Source: an uncultured bacterium (GTDB lineage: Bacteria > Lernaellota > Lernaellaia > Lernaellales > Lernaellaceae). From it: a stretch of 21,327 nucleotides of DNA. Under the pieces are notes generated by a model. The model ran no database searches. It saw only the letters and a list, made by a program, of their open reading frames with translations, and was not told the DNA's origin. Positions 7,101 through 14,959 of the stretch are shown one piece after another (position 1 is the first letter of the stretch; each line of letters begins with the position of its first letter). The stretch is from NCBI GenBank assembly GCA_964534375.1, contig CAZHPN010000096.1:1-21327 (forward strand). Reading direction: 5' to 3'. A program made the translations under genes and the position numbers.

Positions 7101-9386
7101 TCACCACGTGCCGACGGTCGGGTCGCCCTGCGTCAATTTGATGCGCTGACTGGTCTGCACGCCGGTCCACGTTTCCGTTGCGCCATTCGGCCAGCGCACG
7201 TCGATCTTGTCGGCGACCGCTTCTTTGGCCATGCCGAAGTGCGCCGCCAGCATCGGCGTCGACGCGTACCCGCCGCGCGGACCCTGGATATAGCGCGACT
7301 GCATCAATTTGCCGGCGGTGACGACAATCTTGGCGCCGATGGCGTCGCGGTTGTCCTGGACGCCGACGAGCTTGATTTCCAGCCAATTGTTTCCGTAATT
7401 GGCGTCGTTGTGGAAAATGAAAATGCCGCCGCCCGGCACGTCGCCGCGGCCGTCCGTCGCCTCGATCAGGCTCATGTTGCCGCTGCCGTCGTAATCCGCC
7501 CAGGCGTTGCCGGTGCATGACTGCACCTCGATGCCGGCCCAATACGTCACGTCAAGGAACGTGCCGTCTTCCTGTTGTTCGTAAAGACGGCTGTAGTGGC
7601 CGTTGTAGAGGCTCGACATGAAGATGTCGAGGCGGCCGTCGTTGTTGAAATCGACGAAGCTCGGGTCGACGTCGCCTTCGTCCGCGTGGTAGCCGACCGC
7701 GTCGTTCTCCCACGTGTACACGTAGTCGGGCGGGCCGCCGTTCTTGTTGAAGCTGGAGGGGCCGCTGCCCGGTTGGTACCGTGGGTGGGCGATGTCGGAG
7801 ATCATCGCGTCGAACAGGCCGCGGTTGTAAACGTCGCCGAAATCCGCGCCGAAGGTGTTGCCCGGGCCGGAATTCCAGGGGTCGTGCGGCCGGTCGAGAC
7901 GCTTGTTCAAGCCCACGTCGACGAAGGTGCCGTCGTGCTGGTTTTGGAGCAGGCGGTTGTATTCGCGGCCGTAGTTGGAGATGAAAATGTCGTACCAACC
8001 GTCGTCGTTGTAATCGACCCACGTGACTCCATAACAGGGTTTGTAGTAGCTCGGGTCGTCGCCCATTTCGCGAACGCCGGCGGCGAGGGACACGTCTTCA
8101 AACGTCACGTCGCCTTTGTTATGGAACAGAAAACCCGGGTCGGAAGCCGGATAGGGGTATTTCTGCAGCCACGATCCGACGTAGAGGTCGAGAAACCCAT
8201 CGCGGTCGTAGTCGCCGAAACTGGCGGCGGAGTAGTACATGTCTTCGGTGCACAAGCCCGTGTTTTCTTTGACCGTGAAATGGCCGTGTCCGTCGTTGAG
8301 CAGCACCTTCGTGCGCTCGCCGTGGACGGAGTCGGGGTCGTCATGCGGCACGGCGACGATCGAGACGATATCTTCGGAGCCGTCGTTATTCAGGTCGCCG
8401 GCCAGCGTCAACGCGCTGTATTTCAAGACGTTCAATCCGGACGCGACCGTCTGGTCGGTGAACGTGCCGTCGCCGTTGTTGTGCCAGTACGTGACGTTTT
8501 GCGGATAGTCGGTCGTGTTCAGGTTGGTCAACAGCAGGTCGTACTTGCCGTCGCCGTCCAGATCGGTCCACGCCACGCGTTGCTGGCCGGTGACGTTCAC
8601 GCCGGTTTTCGTCGTCACATTGCTGAAGTACGGCGGCGTTTCGAGCTGGCAGAACGCGCGGCCCTCAAGGCGGATCATGTAGGTGAAGAAAAACGAATCG
8701 TTGATCGTCAGGTAGCCCCAATGGTCGCCGATTTCGTTGTAGTTCGACGCGGTGTAAAACCGGGCGATCGCGTTGGGGCCGCCCTCGGCGCTGTAATACA
8801 ACTGGGGTAAATGGTCGTCGGTCAGATGCTCGAAGGCGGCCCAGACCTTTGTGCCCGGCAGAAACAACAAGTTCAGCTTGGACACGTCGACCTCGACCCA
8901 ACCCGGGCCCGTGACCTTGACGTCGATCGGCGTCATGTATTCGACCGTCGGAATAACCGTCGTCCACGGCGCGACCATCGGCACCGAGCCGAGCATGTCC
9001 CCGTACAGGTGGATGCGGGCGGTGCCGGGGCCTTCACTGAAGTAAAGTTTGATGGCTTGAACGTGATACGGCGTCTTGAATTTGAACATCATCGCTTCGA
9101 TGTCGCCCGTGACGTAATCCGTCCCGGCAACCAGCGGTTCGTCGCCGTCGTAGTTGTATTCGTACGTCGTGTACGCGCACGGGTTCTTGTACGTCGGGCA
9201 GTCCGCCGCGTACATATTGAGCAGCGCATCGCCGCACACGCCTCCCGGCGACGCATCGTCGTCGTTGTCGTCGTCGTCGTCGATCGGGTGGTTCGACCCG
9301 CCGCTCGAGCTGCTTTTCGCGGCGCAGCCCGCCAAAACCAGGGCCGCCGCCGTTAGAATTACGACAAGAATCCACCATCTGTTCAT
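7101..9386 (-). CDS. Lipoprotein of the CRTAC1/ASPIC-UnbV type with FG-GAP (VCBS) repeats
   Basis: Lipobox LAGC; short poly-Asp linker; repeated Ca-binding loops (DLDGDGKYDL, DLNNDGSEDI, DYDRDGFLDL, DYNDDGWYDI, DFNNDGRLDI); C-terminal NRDAIGAKI..AHFGM..VRWPNG ASPIC/UnbV motif; GGAGG SD. Confidence 0.9.
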   Translation of the reverse strand: MNRWWILVVILTAAALVLAGCAAKSSSSGGSNHPIDDDDDNDDDASPGGVCGDALLNMYAADCPTYKNPCAYTTYEYNYDGDEPLVAGTDYVTGDIEAMMFKFKTPYHVQAIKLYFSEGPGTARIHLYGDMLGSVPMVAPWTTVIPTVEYMTPIDVKVTGPGWVEVDVSKLNLLFLPGTKVWAAFEHLTDDHLPQLYYSAEGGPNAIARFYTASNYNEIGDHWGYLTINDSFFFTYMIRLEGRAFCQLETPPYFSNVTTKTGVNVTGQQRVAWTDLDGDGKYDLLLTNLNTTDYPQNVTYWHNNGDGTFTDQTVASGLNVLKYSALTLAGDLNNDGSEDIVSIVAVPHDDPDSVHGERTKVLLNDGHGHFTVKENTGLCTEDMYYSAASFGDYDRDGFLDLYVGSWLQKYPYPASDPGFLFHNKGDVTFEDVSLAAGVREMGDDPSYYKPCYGVTWVDYNDDGWYDIFISNYGREYNRLLQNQHDGTFVDVGLNKRLDRPHDPWNSGPGNTFGADFGDVYNRGLFDAMISDIAHPRYQPGSGPSSFNKNGGPPDYVYTWENDAVGYHADEGDVDPSFVDFNNDGRLDIFMSSLYNGHYSRLYEQQEDGTFLDVTYWAGIEVQSCTGNAWADYDGSGNMSLIEATDGRGDVPGGGIFIFHNDANYGNNWLEIKLVGVQDNRDAIGAKIVVTAGKLMQSRYIQGPRGGYASTPMLAAHFGMAKEAVADKIDVRWPNGATETWTGVQTSQRIKLTQGDPTVGTW

Positions 9387-9463
9387 CGCCGCCTCCGCGC
9401 TCGCATATCCGGTTACTTTACACCAACGGCGGGCGCCGCAAAAGACCCGGCGCGTCGCTGATT

Positions 9464-10390
9464 TCAGTAGTACTCGCGGAAATACGTGACGCCGCCGTGC
9501 ACGACTTTTTTGATTTTTTTGTCGCGCACGAGCTTGTCGACCAGGTCGCCCGCGGAGGCGCGCTCGAGGCCCAAACTGCCGATCAGATCCGGCAGTGTGA
9601 CCGCGCGCCGGCGCACCAGTTCGACGATTTTCGTCTCGATGTCGCCGGTTTCCGGTTCGCGGGCGGCGGTCGGGCCGGGGCCGATGCTCGTCGCTTTCGG
9701 GCCCATGATCCGGACGATCCGCGCCAGCTCGTCCGGCGTCAGCGGTTGGGCGAAGCTCTCGGCGGGCGGCCGCGCGACGGTGTTGAGGTGGATGCGATCC
9801 GGATTGATGCGTTCGGCGGCCTTGGCAAGCGCCGCCAACTCCGCCGGAGCGTCGTTGACGCCTTTGACGAACATGATTTCAAGGTATATCCGGCCGGCGA
9901 ACTCCTTGCGAAACTGCACCAGGCCTTCGATCATTTTGTCAGCGCGCAACGCCGGGTGCGGCCGGTTGATCTTCTCGAAGACCGCCTGCGTCGCCGCATC
10001 CAGGCTTGGCAGCACGAGGTCGGCCTTCGCGAGGTCGCGCCGGACGTCGGGCCGATCGATCAGCGTCGCGTTGGTGATCACCGCGACGGCAGTGCGGCAG
10101 CGAGCTTTGACGCGGTCGATGAACTGGCCGAGATCCTGGTGCAAAGTCGGCTCGCCCGACCCCGAAAAGCTGACAGCGTCGATGCCGGCCTTCGGCAGCG
10201 CCGCGTCGATCGCCCGGTTGACCTCGGCCGACGGCACGGGAATGCCGCGCTTGATGGTCTTCACGACGGTGCAGCCGACTTGGCAATAAATGCAGTCGAC
10301 GGTGCACGGTTTGGCGTCGGGCGGCAGCAAATCGATGCCGAGGCTGTAGCCCAATCGCCGGCTGGGGACCGGCCCGAAGACAATGCTCAA
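9464..10390 (-). CDS. Radical SAM Fe-S oxidoreductase (FGPVPSRRLGxSLG family, Tyw1/COG0731-like) with a C-terminal winged-helix-like tail
   Basis: CTVDCIYC, SGSGEPTL, ITNATL, PSLDA. Start is most likely TTG 10390 after GGAGGAGG; the ORF-track extension to 10537 runs through a promoter and a REP. Confidence 0.9.
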   Translation of the reverse strand: MSIVFGPVPSRRLGYSLGIDLLPPDAKPCTVDCIYCQVGCTVVKTIKRGIPVPSAEVNRAIDAALPKAGIDAVSFSGSGEPTLHQDLGQFIDRVKARCRTAVAVITNATLIDRPDVRRDLAKADLVLPSLDAATQAVFEKINRPHPALRADKMIEGLVQFRKEFAGRIYLEIMFVKGVNDAPAELAALAKAAERINPDRIHLNTVARPPAESFAQPLTPDELARIVRIMGPKATSIGPGPTAAREPETGDIETKIVELVRRRAVTLPDLIGSLGLERASAGDLVDKLVRDKKIKKVVHGGVTYFREYY

Positions 10391-10432
10391 GTTTCCTCCT
10401 CCGGAAACTACTTCCCTCGCGCGAGCCGCCCC

Positions 10433-10461
10433 AACATAGGCAGCGGAAAAATGGAAGTCAA
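10433..10461 (-). promoter_or_regulatory. Sigma70-type promoter of the radical SAM gene
   Basis: Minus strand TTGACT-N17-TATGTT, about 40 nt upstream of TTG 10390. Confidence 0.7.
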
Positions 10462-10486
10462 CGAAGAGACTGGGAGGCTCGTGGCT

Positions 10487-10577
10487 CCCTCGCCCTTTGG
10501 GAGAGGGCCGGGGCGAGGGTTTGGAAATGGCCCTCACCCGCCTCGCTCCGCTCGGCGCCCTCTCCCAGGGGGAGAGG
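10487..10577. repeat. Inverted doublet of REP-like palindromes (CCCTCTCCC-N3-GGGAGAGGG class)
   Basis: CCCTCGCCC-TTT-GGGAGAGGG-CCGGGGCGAGGG (10487-10519) and the inverted copy CCCTCACCC-[GCCTCGCTCCGCTCGGC]-G-CCCTCTCCC-AGG-GGGAGAGG (10531-10577). Confidence 0.85.
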
Positions 10578-10601
10578 TGACGGCCGGCGCGGTGCAGCCT
10601 C

Positions 10602-11630
10602 TCAGGCTGTTTCGCCGTCCTCGGCGAAACAGCAATTGACCCGCTCGTTGCACGACTGCCGGCACACGCGCATCGCCTGGCGCAGGCGGTCGGCGACGGG
10701 GGAATCCCACAGCCGGCGCGGATCGTCGTCGATCGTGCCGAGCGCGCCGAGATGCGGGCAAAAAGCGACGTCGCCGTTGGCCTGCACGGTCAGCCCGTCT
10801 TCGCCGACGCGGCAAGGCTCGTCGGCCGCGAAATTCAGCGGGTCGCGAAAGTACCGCCGCCACAGCGCGAACTGCGAGGGCGGATTGTGAATGGCGAAGC
10901 CGTCGCGCTGCATTTGTTCGAGCTCGTCCAACGCCGCCAGAACGCGCGACACCTCCGCCGGCGTGCGCGGCCAGAGCGGATCGTCGGCGAAGAAAGCCGG
11001 CGACCACGGCTTCGCCAGCGTCGGAATCACGGCCTGCAGCCGCACCACCCCGAACCGCGGCATTTGCCGCAGCCGCCGCGCGAGTTCCGGCAATTCGGCC
11101 GCATTTTGCGCGTGCAATGTCGCCACGACGTTGACGTCGAGGGCGGTGCGTTGCGTCAGGAATGCGATCATATCCATGACGCCCTGAAACAGGCCGGGGC
11201 CGTTGCGCAGCCGATCGTGCGTGGCCGCCAGGCCGTCGAGCGAAAAATTGATCGCGCGCAGGCCGACGGCGGCCAGTCGTTCCGCCGTCGCCGGCGTCAA
11301 GAGCGAACCGTTGGTGTTGACCACGGTGGTGAAGCCGCCGGCGCTGAGCCGCGCGATAAACCCGGTCAGGCCCGCGTGCAGCAGCGGCTCGCCGCCCGTG
11401 AGCAGCACGGTGCGGCCCGGCGGCAGCCAATCGGCGAGCAGGTCGAAAAACCGCAGCATTCGCTCGGTCGCCGCTTCGCGCACGTGGCTGCGGGCGATCT
11501 GGCACATGTCGCAGTAAAGATTGCAGCGCGCGGTGACGCAGACATTGATGTGCCAGGGCAGGCCGTCGCCCGGCCGGCGATGGTTGTCGCGCGGATCCGC
11601 GGTCGCCGGATATCGGCCGTTTTCCGTCAT
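10602..11630 (-). CDS. Radical SAM protein with a C-terminal SPASM/twitch-like Cys cluster
   Basis: CNLYCDMC, TGGEPLL, NTNGSLL, SLDG; C-terminal C..GDVAFC..CRQSCNERVNCC. Confidence 0.9.
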   Translation of the reverse strand: MTENGRYPATADPRDNHRRPGDGLPWHINVCVTARCNLYCDMCQIARSHVREAATERMLRFFDLLADWLPPGRTVLLTGGEPLLHAGLTGFIARLSAGGFTTVVNTNGSLLTPATAERLAAVGLRAINFSLDGLAATHDRLRNGPGLFQGVMDMIAFLTQRTALDVNVVATLHAQNAAELPELARRLRQMPRFGVVRLQAVIPTLAKPWSPAFFADDPLWPRTPAEVSRVLAALDELEQMQRDGFAIHNPPSQFALWRRYFRDPLNFAADEPCRVGEDGLTVQANGDVAFCPHLGALGTIDDDPRRLWDSPVADRLRQAMRVCRQSCNERVNCCFAEDGETA

Positions 11631-11636
11631 GCGGGC

Positions 11637-11645
11637 AGTTTACCA
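11637..11645 (-). promoter_or_regulatory. Extended -10 promoter (TGG-TAAACT) placed for a leaderless transcript
   Basis: Minus strand TGgTAAACT-gcccgc-ATG(11630); no SD. Confidence 0.5.
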
Positions 11646-11707
11646 GACATCGCCGGCCGGCGCGCGGGAACTGGCGAAACGAATGCGCCCGGCGGTCTCC
11701 TTCCGGC

Positions 11708-12754
11708 TCATTGGCAGCGGCGCGGCAACAGATCGCTGCCGCAGAGGCGGTCGGCGAGCAAGCGGGCCATCAAGGCATGGCCGGCCGCCGTGAAATGGCA
11801 GTCGTCAATGAACAGCGCCGCCGGGTCGCCGGCCGCGACAAAACCCGGCGCCGCGTCGAGAATGGGAATCTCCAGGTCTTGCACGTCGCGTTTGAACGGC
11901 CGCAGACCGTCGTAGCGCCAGACGAAATCGCTCCAGCCGGGCCCATCCGGCGCCGCGCCGGCGCGGCGGGCGTCGTCGAAAAGCTGCCGCGGCAGAACCG
12001 GCGCCACCAGCAGCCGCACGCCGAAGGCGCGGCAGCGATCGCGCACGGACAGCAAATCGTCGTGCGCCTGTTGAAAGACCAGGTCGCGCGGGGCCGCGCC
12101 CGCGCGGTCCGAATAGTATTGCGAGACGATGTCGGCGAAGCGCGGCGGCCGCAGCCCGCGGCGGAGCAGCCGGTACAGATGCGACCGGGCCAGACCGGAC
12201 TGAAATTGCCGCAGCGCCGCCGGCCAGCCGTTCTGCATATCGCGCCAGGCGGCGTGATCGGCCCGAAAACTCGGCTGCGTGTAAAGAATTAGCAGGTCGG
12301 GCTGGTACGCCAGGAGGCGTTTTTCGATCAGCGCCCGCTGCTGCCAGAGCGCGGTGCCGGGCACGCCGGCGTTGAGCGTCTCGACGGCCACGTTGCGCCG
12401 CCGCAATTCGCCTTCCAGCAGGCGCGTGTAGGTCTCTTCCTCGGCGACGCCGAAACCGAAGCAAACCGAATCGCCGGCGCTGATGATGCGCCAGGTCGCG
12501 GGACGCTTGGTTGGGCTCAAATCCGGCCCGCGGAAGCCGCTTTGATTGAGGAACTCTTCGACCTTGGAAAACGGGTTGAGCGCTTCGGCCTGTAGCGCGA
12601 ACTGCGGATCGTAGGCGCTGGTGAAGAACCGCTCGGTCGGCAGTTCGGCCCACCCGCCGAAACGAACTACGACCTCGGCCGCCGCCAGAAACAACAGCGT
12701 CGCCGCCGCCGCGTAGACGGGAACGGGCGCGCGCCGCCGGTATTTCGGACTCAT
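11708..12754 (-). CDS. Membrane-anchored SGNH/GDSL hydrolase-family protein
   Basis: N-terminal TM (ATLLFLAAAEVVVR), NQSGFRG, block I GDSVCFG, block II NAGVPG, block V DDCHF. Confidence 0.88.
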   Translation of the reverse strand: MSPKYRRRAPVPVYAAAATLLFLAAAEVVVRFGGWAELPTERFFTSAYDPQFALQAEALNPFSKVEEFLNQSGFRGPDLSPTKRPATWRIISAGDSVCFGFGVAEEETYTRLLEGELRRRNVAVETLNAGVPGTALWQQRALIEKRLLAYQPDLLILYTQPSFRADHAAWRDMQNGWPAALRQFQSGLARSHLYRLLRRGLRPPRFADIVSQYYSDRAGAAPRDLVFQQAHDDLLSVRDRCRAFGVRLLVAPVLPRQLFDDARRAGAAPDGPGWSDFVWRYDGLRPFKRDVQDLEIPILDAAPGFVAAGDPAALFIDDCHFTAAGHALMARLLADRLCGSDLLPRRCQ

Positions 12755-12761
12755 ACGGGGA

Positions 12762-14711
12762 TTAATACATCAAACGCAGGCCGCCGGTAAGGACGCGGCC
12801 GGGTTCCGGAAAATACCGCTTGGTCTCGTACGCTTCGTCAAAGACGTTTTGCGCTTGCGCATACACTTCGACCAGATCGCGGTAGGTGTAAAAAATGCGC
12901 AGGTTCGTCACGGTGTAGGCGGCCATGTTTTGCAGGCCGGTCGCCAGCAGCTCCTGGCGCGGACCGGCGAACAGCAACTGCGCGGCGGCGCCCAGCCCGA
13001 ACGGGAAGCGATAGCGGATATCGCCCGAGCCCCACCAGGTCGGTTGATATTGCGCGCGGAAGGTCTTTTTTGTGTTGTCGTCGACGAAACTTTCGTACGA
13101 CCCGTTGGCGCCGAGGAACAATCCCTCGATCGGCCGCGACGCTACGGTCAGCGTGCCGCCCCGGCCGTCCTCATTGTCCTGGTTGGCGAAGACGGGCGGC
13201 TGGCCCGCCGTCGGCCGCGGCACAAGTTCGATATCGTCGATCTCGCGGCGCCAGAAGCCGACGAGCGAGATTTTCGTGCCCGCCGCCGGCTGCCAATCGA
13301 CGCCGGCCTCGCCGTTTTCGATGACGCCCGGCTTCAGATGCGCGTCGCCGTAGGTCTCGTCAAACCACTCCTCGACCGTCGGGAAGCGCGGATTGCGGCC
13401 GGCCGCCGCGCGGATCGTCACCCCGGCGAACGGCCCGAACGCCAGACCGCCGCGGCCGTGCCAGCCGTCGACGGCCGGCCCCGGCGTCAACGTGTCCGTG
13501 CGGCTCGGATCCAGGCGCATGTAGCCGCCGCCGAGGCTGACGTTGAGCCACGAAAGCGGATGGAGGTCGTCCACCAGCGAGCCGCTCTCGCGTTCGATCA
13601 GGAACTTCTCGTCTCGGGCGTTCGGCCGCCAATAGTCGCCCTCGTCGGTTCGGGCGTCGAAGCGGAGGGCGACCCGGCTGATTGGACCGGCATCGAACCA
13701 GGGCGCGACGGCGCCGCCGAAGCGTTTGTCGCTGTAGTGCTCGTCATTCGACAAATGGACGTAGCGCGGATCGCTGTAGATGTGCTCATCTTCCAGAAAG
13801 TGGACGAGATACGCCTCGCCGTCGAGGTTGAACGGTCCGAACGCGCCGAGCCGCACGTTGAGCGCCCCGCCGATGCGATCCAGCATCGGAAAATCCGGGA
13901 ACTGCGTGGAGGGCTGGTAAGCGTTGACCGGGATTTCGCGGTCCTGCGCGTCGTAGAACAACGACGTATGCGCCTCGAACTTGTCGGCGACCACCGCTCC
14001 GAGCCGCACCCGGAAATTGTCGCGGGTGTACGCCGAGTCGTCGCGCGCGTGACCTTCCTGCTCCGACGTCCGCCGAAAACCCTGCGTCAGCGGCTCGGCC
14101 GAAAGGTTCTGATGGCTGGCCGACGCGAAGAACTGAAACGCGCGGATCGTGTCGCCGACGCCGGCCGAAAAATCGTTGCGCCGATCGTCGCCGAACCGCG
14201 CCTCGAACCCGGCGCACAATTGGTCGCCCGGCTTGCGGGTCACGATCTCCACCACGCCCTCGCCGCCCTCGGCGCCATAGCCGACCGGCGCCGGTCCGGA
14301 AAAGATGCGGATGCGGGCGATCTGCGACGCGGGAATGCTGGACAGGTCGAATGTGCCGTACCGACCGTGCTCGAGCGGCACGCCGTCCAGCAGCACTTGC
14401 AGCCCGGCCGGCCCCGCGCCGCGAACGAGCAGCAGTTGTTCGCCGCGGTCGTTCCAGCGATCCGCTTGCACGACGAAACAGCCGGCGGCCAGGGACAGCC
14501 CGTCCGCCGCCGTCTCCGCGCCCATGGCGACCAAGTCCTCGCCGGTCAACTCGACCACCGAAGCCGTCGCCAGCGGATTGCTGGCGCCCGCATCGTTCAG
14601 CGCCGCGGCGGCTGTGAACGGCAAGCCGTAGTCGGCCCCGCCCTCGCCGGCGGCAAAGGCCAGGGTCGAGAGAAAGAACAGCGCCAGTGCGGTCGCGACC
14701 CCTCTGCTCAT
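12762..14711 (-). CDS. TonB-dependent outer-membrane receptor
   Basis: Signal peptide; plug motifs (VRG..VLLDGVPL, DLSSIP..IARIRIFSGP..YG..GVVEIVT); beta-barrel end (NVFDEAYE..PEPGRVLTGGLRLMY with terminal aromatic); GAGGGGG SD. Confidence 0.9.
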   Translation of the reverse strand: MSRGVATALALFFLSTLAFAAGEGGADYGLPFTAAAALNDAGASNPLATASVVELTGEDLVAMGAETAADGLSLAAGCFVVQADRWNDRGEQLLLVRGAGPAGLQVLLDGVPLEHGRYGTFDLSSIPASQIARIRIFSGPAPVGYGAEGGEGVVEIVTRKPGDQLCAGFEARFGDDRRNDFSAGVGDTIRAFQFFASASHQNLSAEPLTQGFRRTSEQEGHARDDSAYTRDNFRVRLGAVVADKFEAHTSLFYDAQDREIPVNAYQPSTQFPDFPMLDRIGGALNVRLGAFGPFNLDGEAYLVHFLEDEHIYSDPRYVHLSNDEHYSDKRFGGAVAPWFDAGPISRVALRFDARTDEGDYWRPNARDEKFLIERESGSLVDDLHPLSWLNVSLGGGYMRLDPSRTDTLTPGPAVDGWHGRGGLAFGPFAGVTIRAAAGRNPRFPTVEEWFDETYGDAHLKPGVIENGEAGVDWQPAAGTKISLVGFWRREIDDIELVPRPTAGQPPVFANQDNEDGRGGTLTVASRPIEGLFLGANGSYESFVDDNTKKTFRAQYQPTWWGSGDIRYRFPFGLGAAAQLLFAGPRQELLATGLQNMAAYTVTNLRIFYTYRDLVEVYAQAQNVFDEAYETKRYFPEPGRVLTGGLRLMY

Positions 14712-14738
14712 GCCCCCTCAATTTAGTGGCAACAATTT

Positions 14739-14767
14739 ATCTTAGGATTCGCCCGTCGCCAAAGCAA
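14739..14767 (-). promoter_or_regulatory. Sigma70-type promoter of the TonB-dependent receptor operon
   Basis: Minus strand TTGCTT-N17-TAAGAT, 27 nt upstream of ATG 14711. Confidence 0.6.
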
Positions 14768-14959
14768 CCGGAATGGCGCGAAATCCAGTCGGGAACAACG
14801 GCGAGTGTCGGCAGGCGGGCGGCGGCCGGTCGGCCTTTCGGGTCTTCGAGCGGTCTCATTGTGTTCTGCGGCCAAGACAAGTACCATCAGGCGTGCATCG
14901 CGCCCGTCCCTCCGGTCTGGGCGTCGGTCCGGTTTCTCGTCGCACAAGGAGACTGCAGC

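Noticed and set aside
10391..10537. N-terminal extension of the radical SAM ORF to 10537
   Set aside because: It translates a REP and a promoter. The family motif starts at SIVFGPVPSRRLG, right after a strong SD plus TTG.
14712..14959. Cobalamin riboswitch upstream of the TonB receptor
   Set aside because: A GGCGCGAAATCC..GGGAA stretch is on the wrong strand and lacks the B12 box. The candidate promoter leaves only a ~20-nt leader.
14687..14959. N-terminal extension of the propeller lipoprotein
   Set aside because: It overlaps the divergent receptor gene and its promoter. The signal peptide and AAGGAG SD point to ATG 14960.
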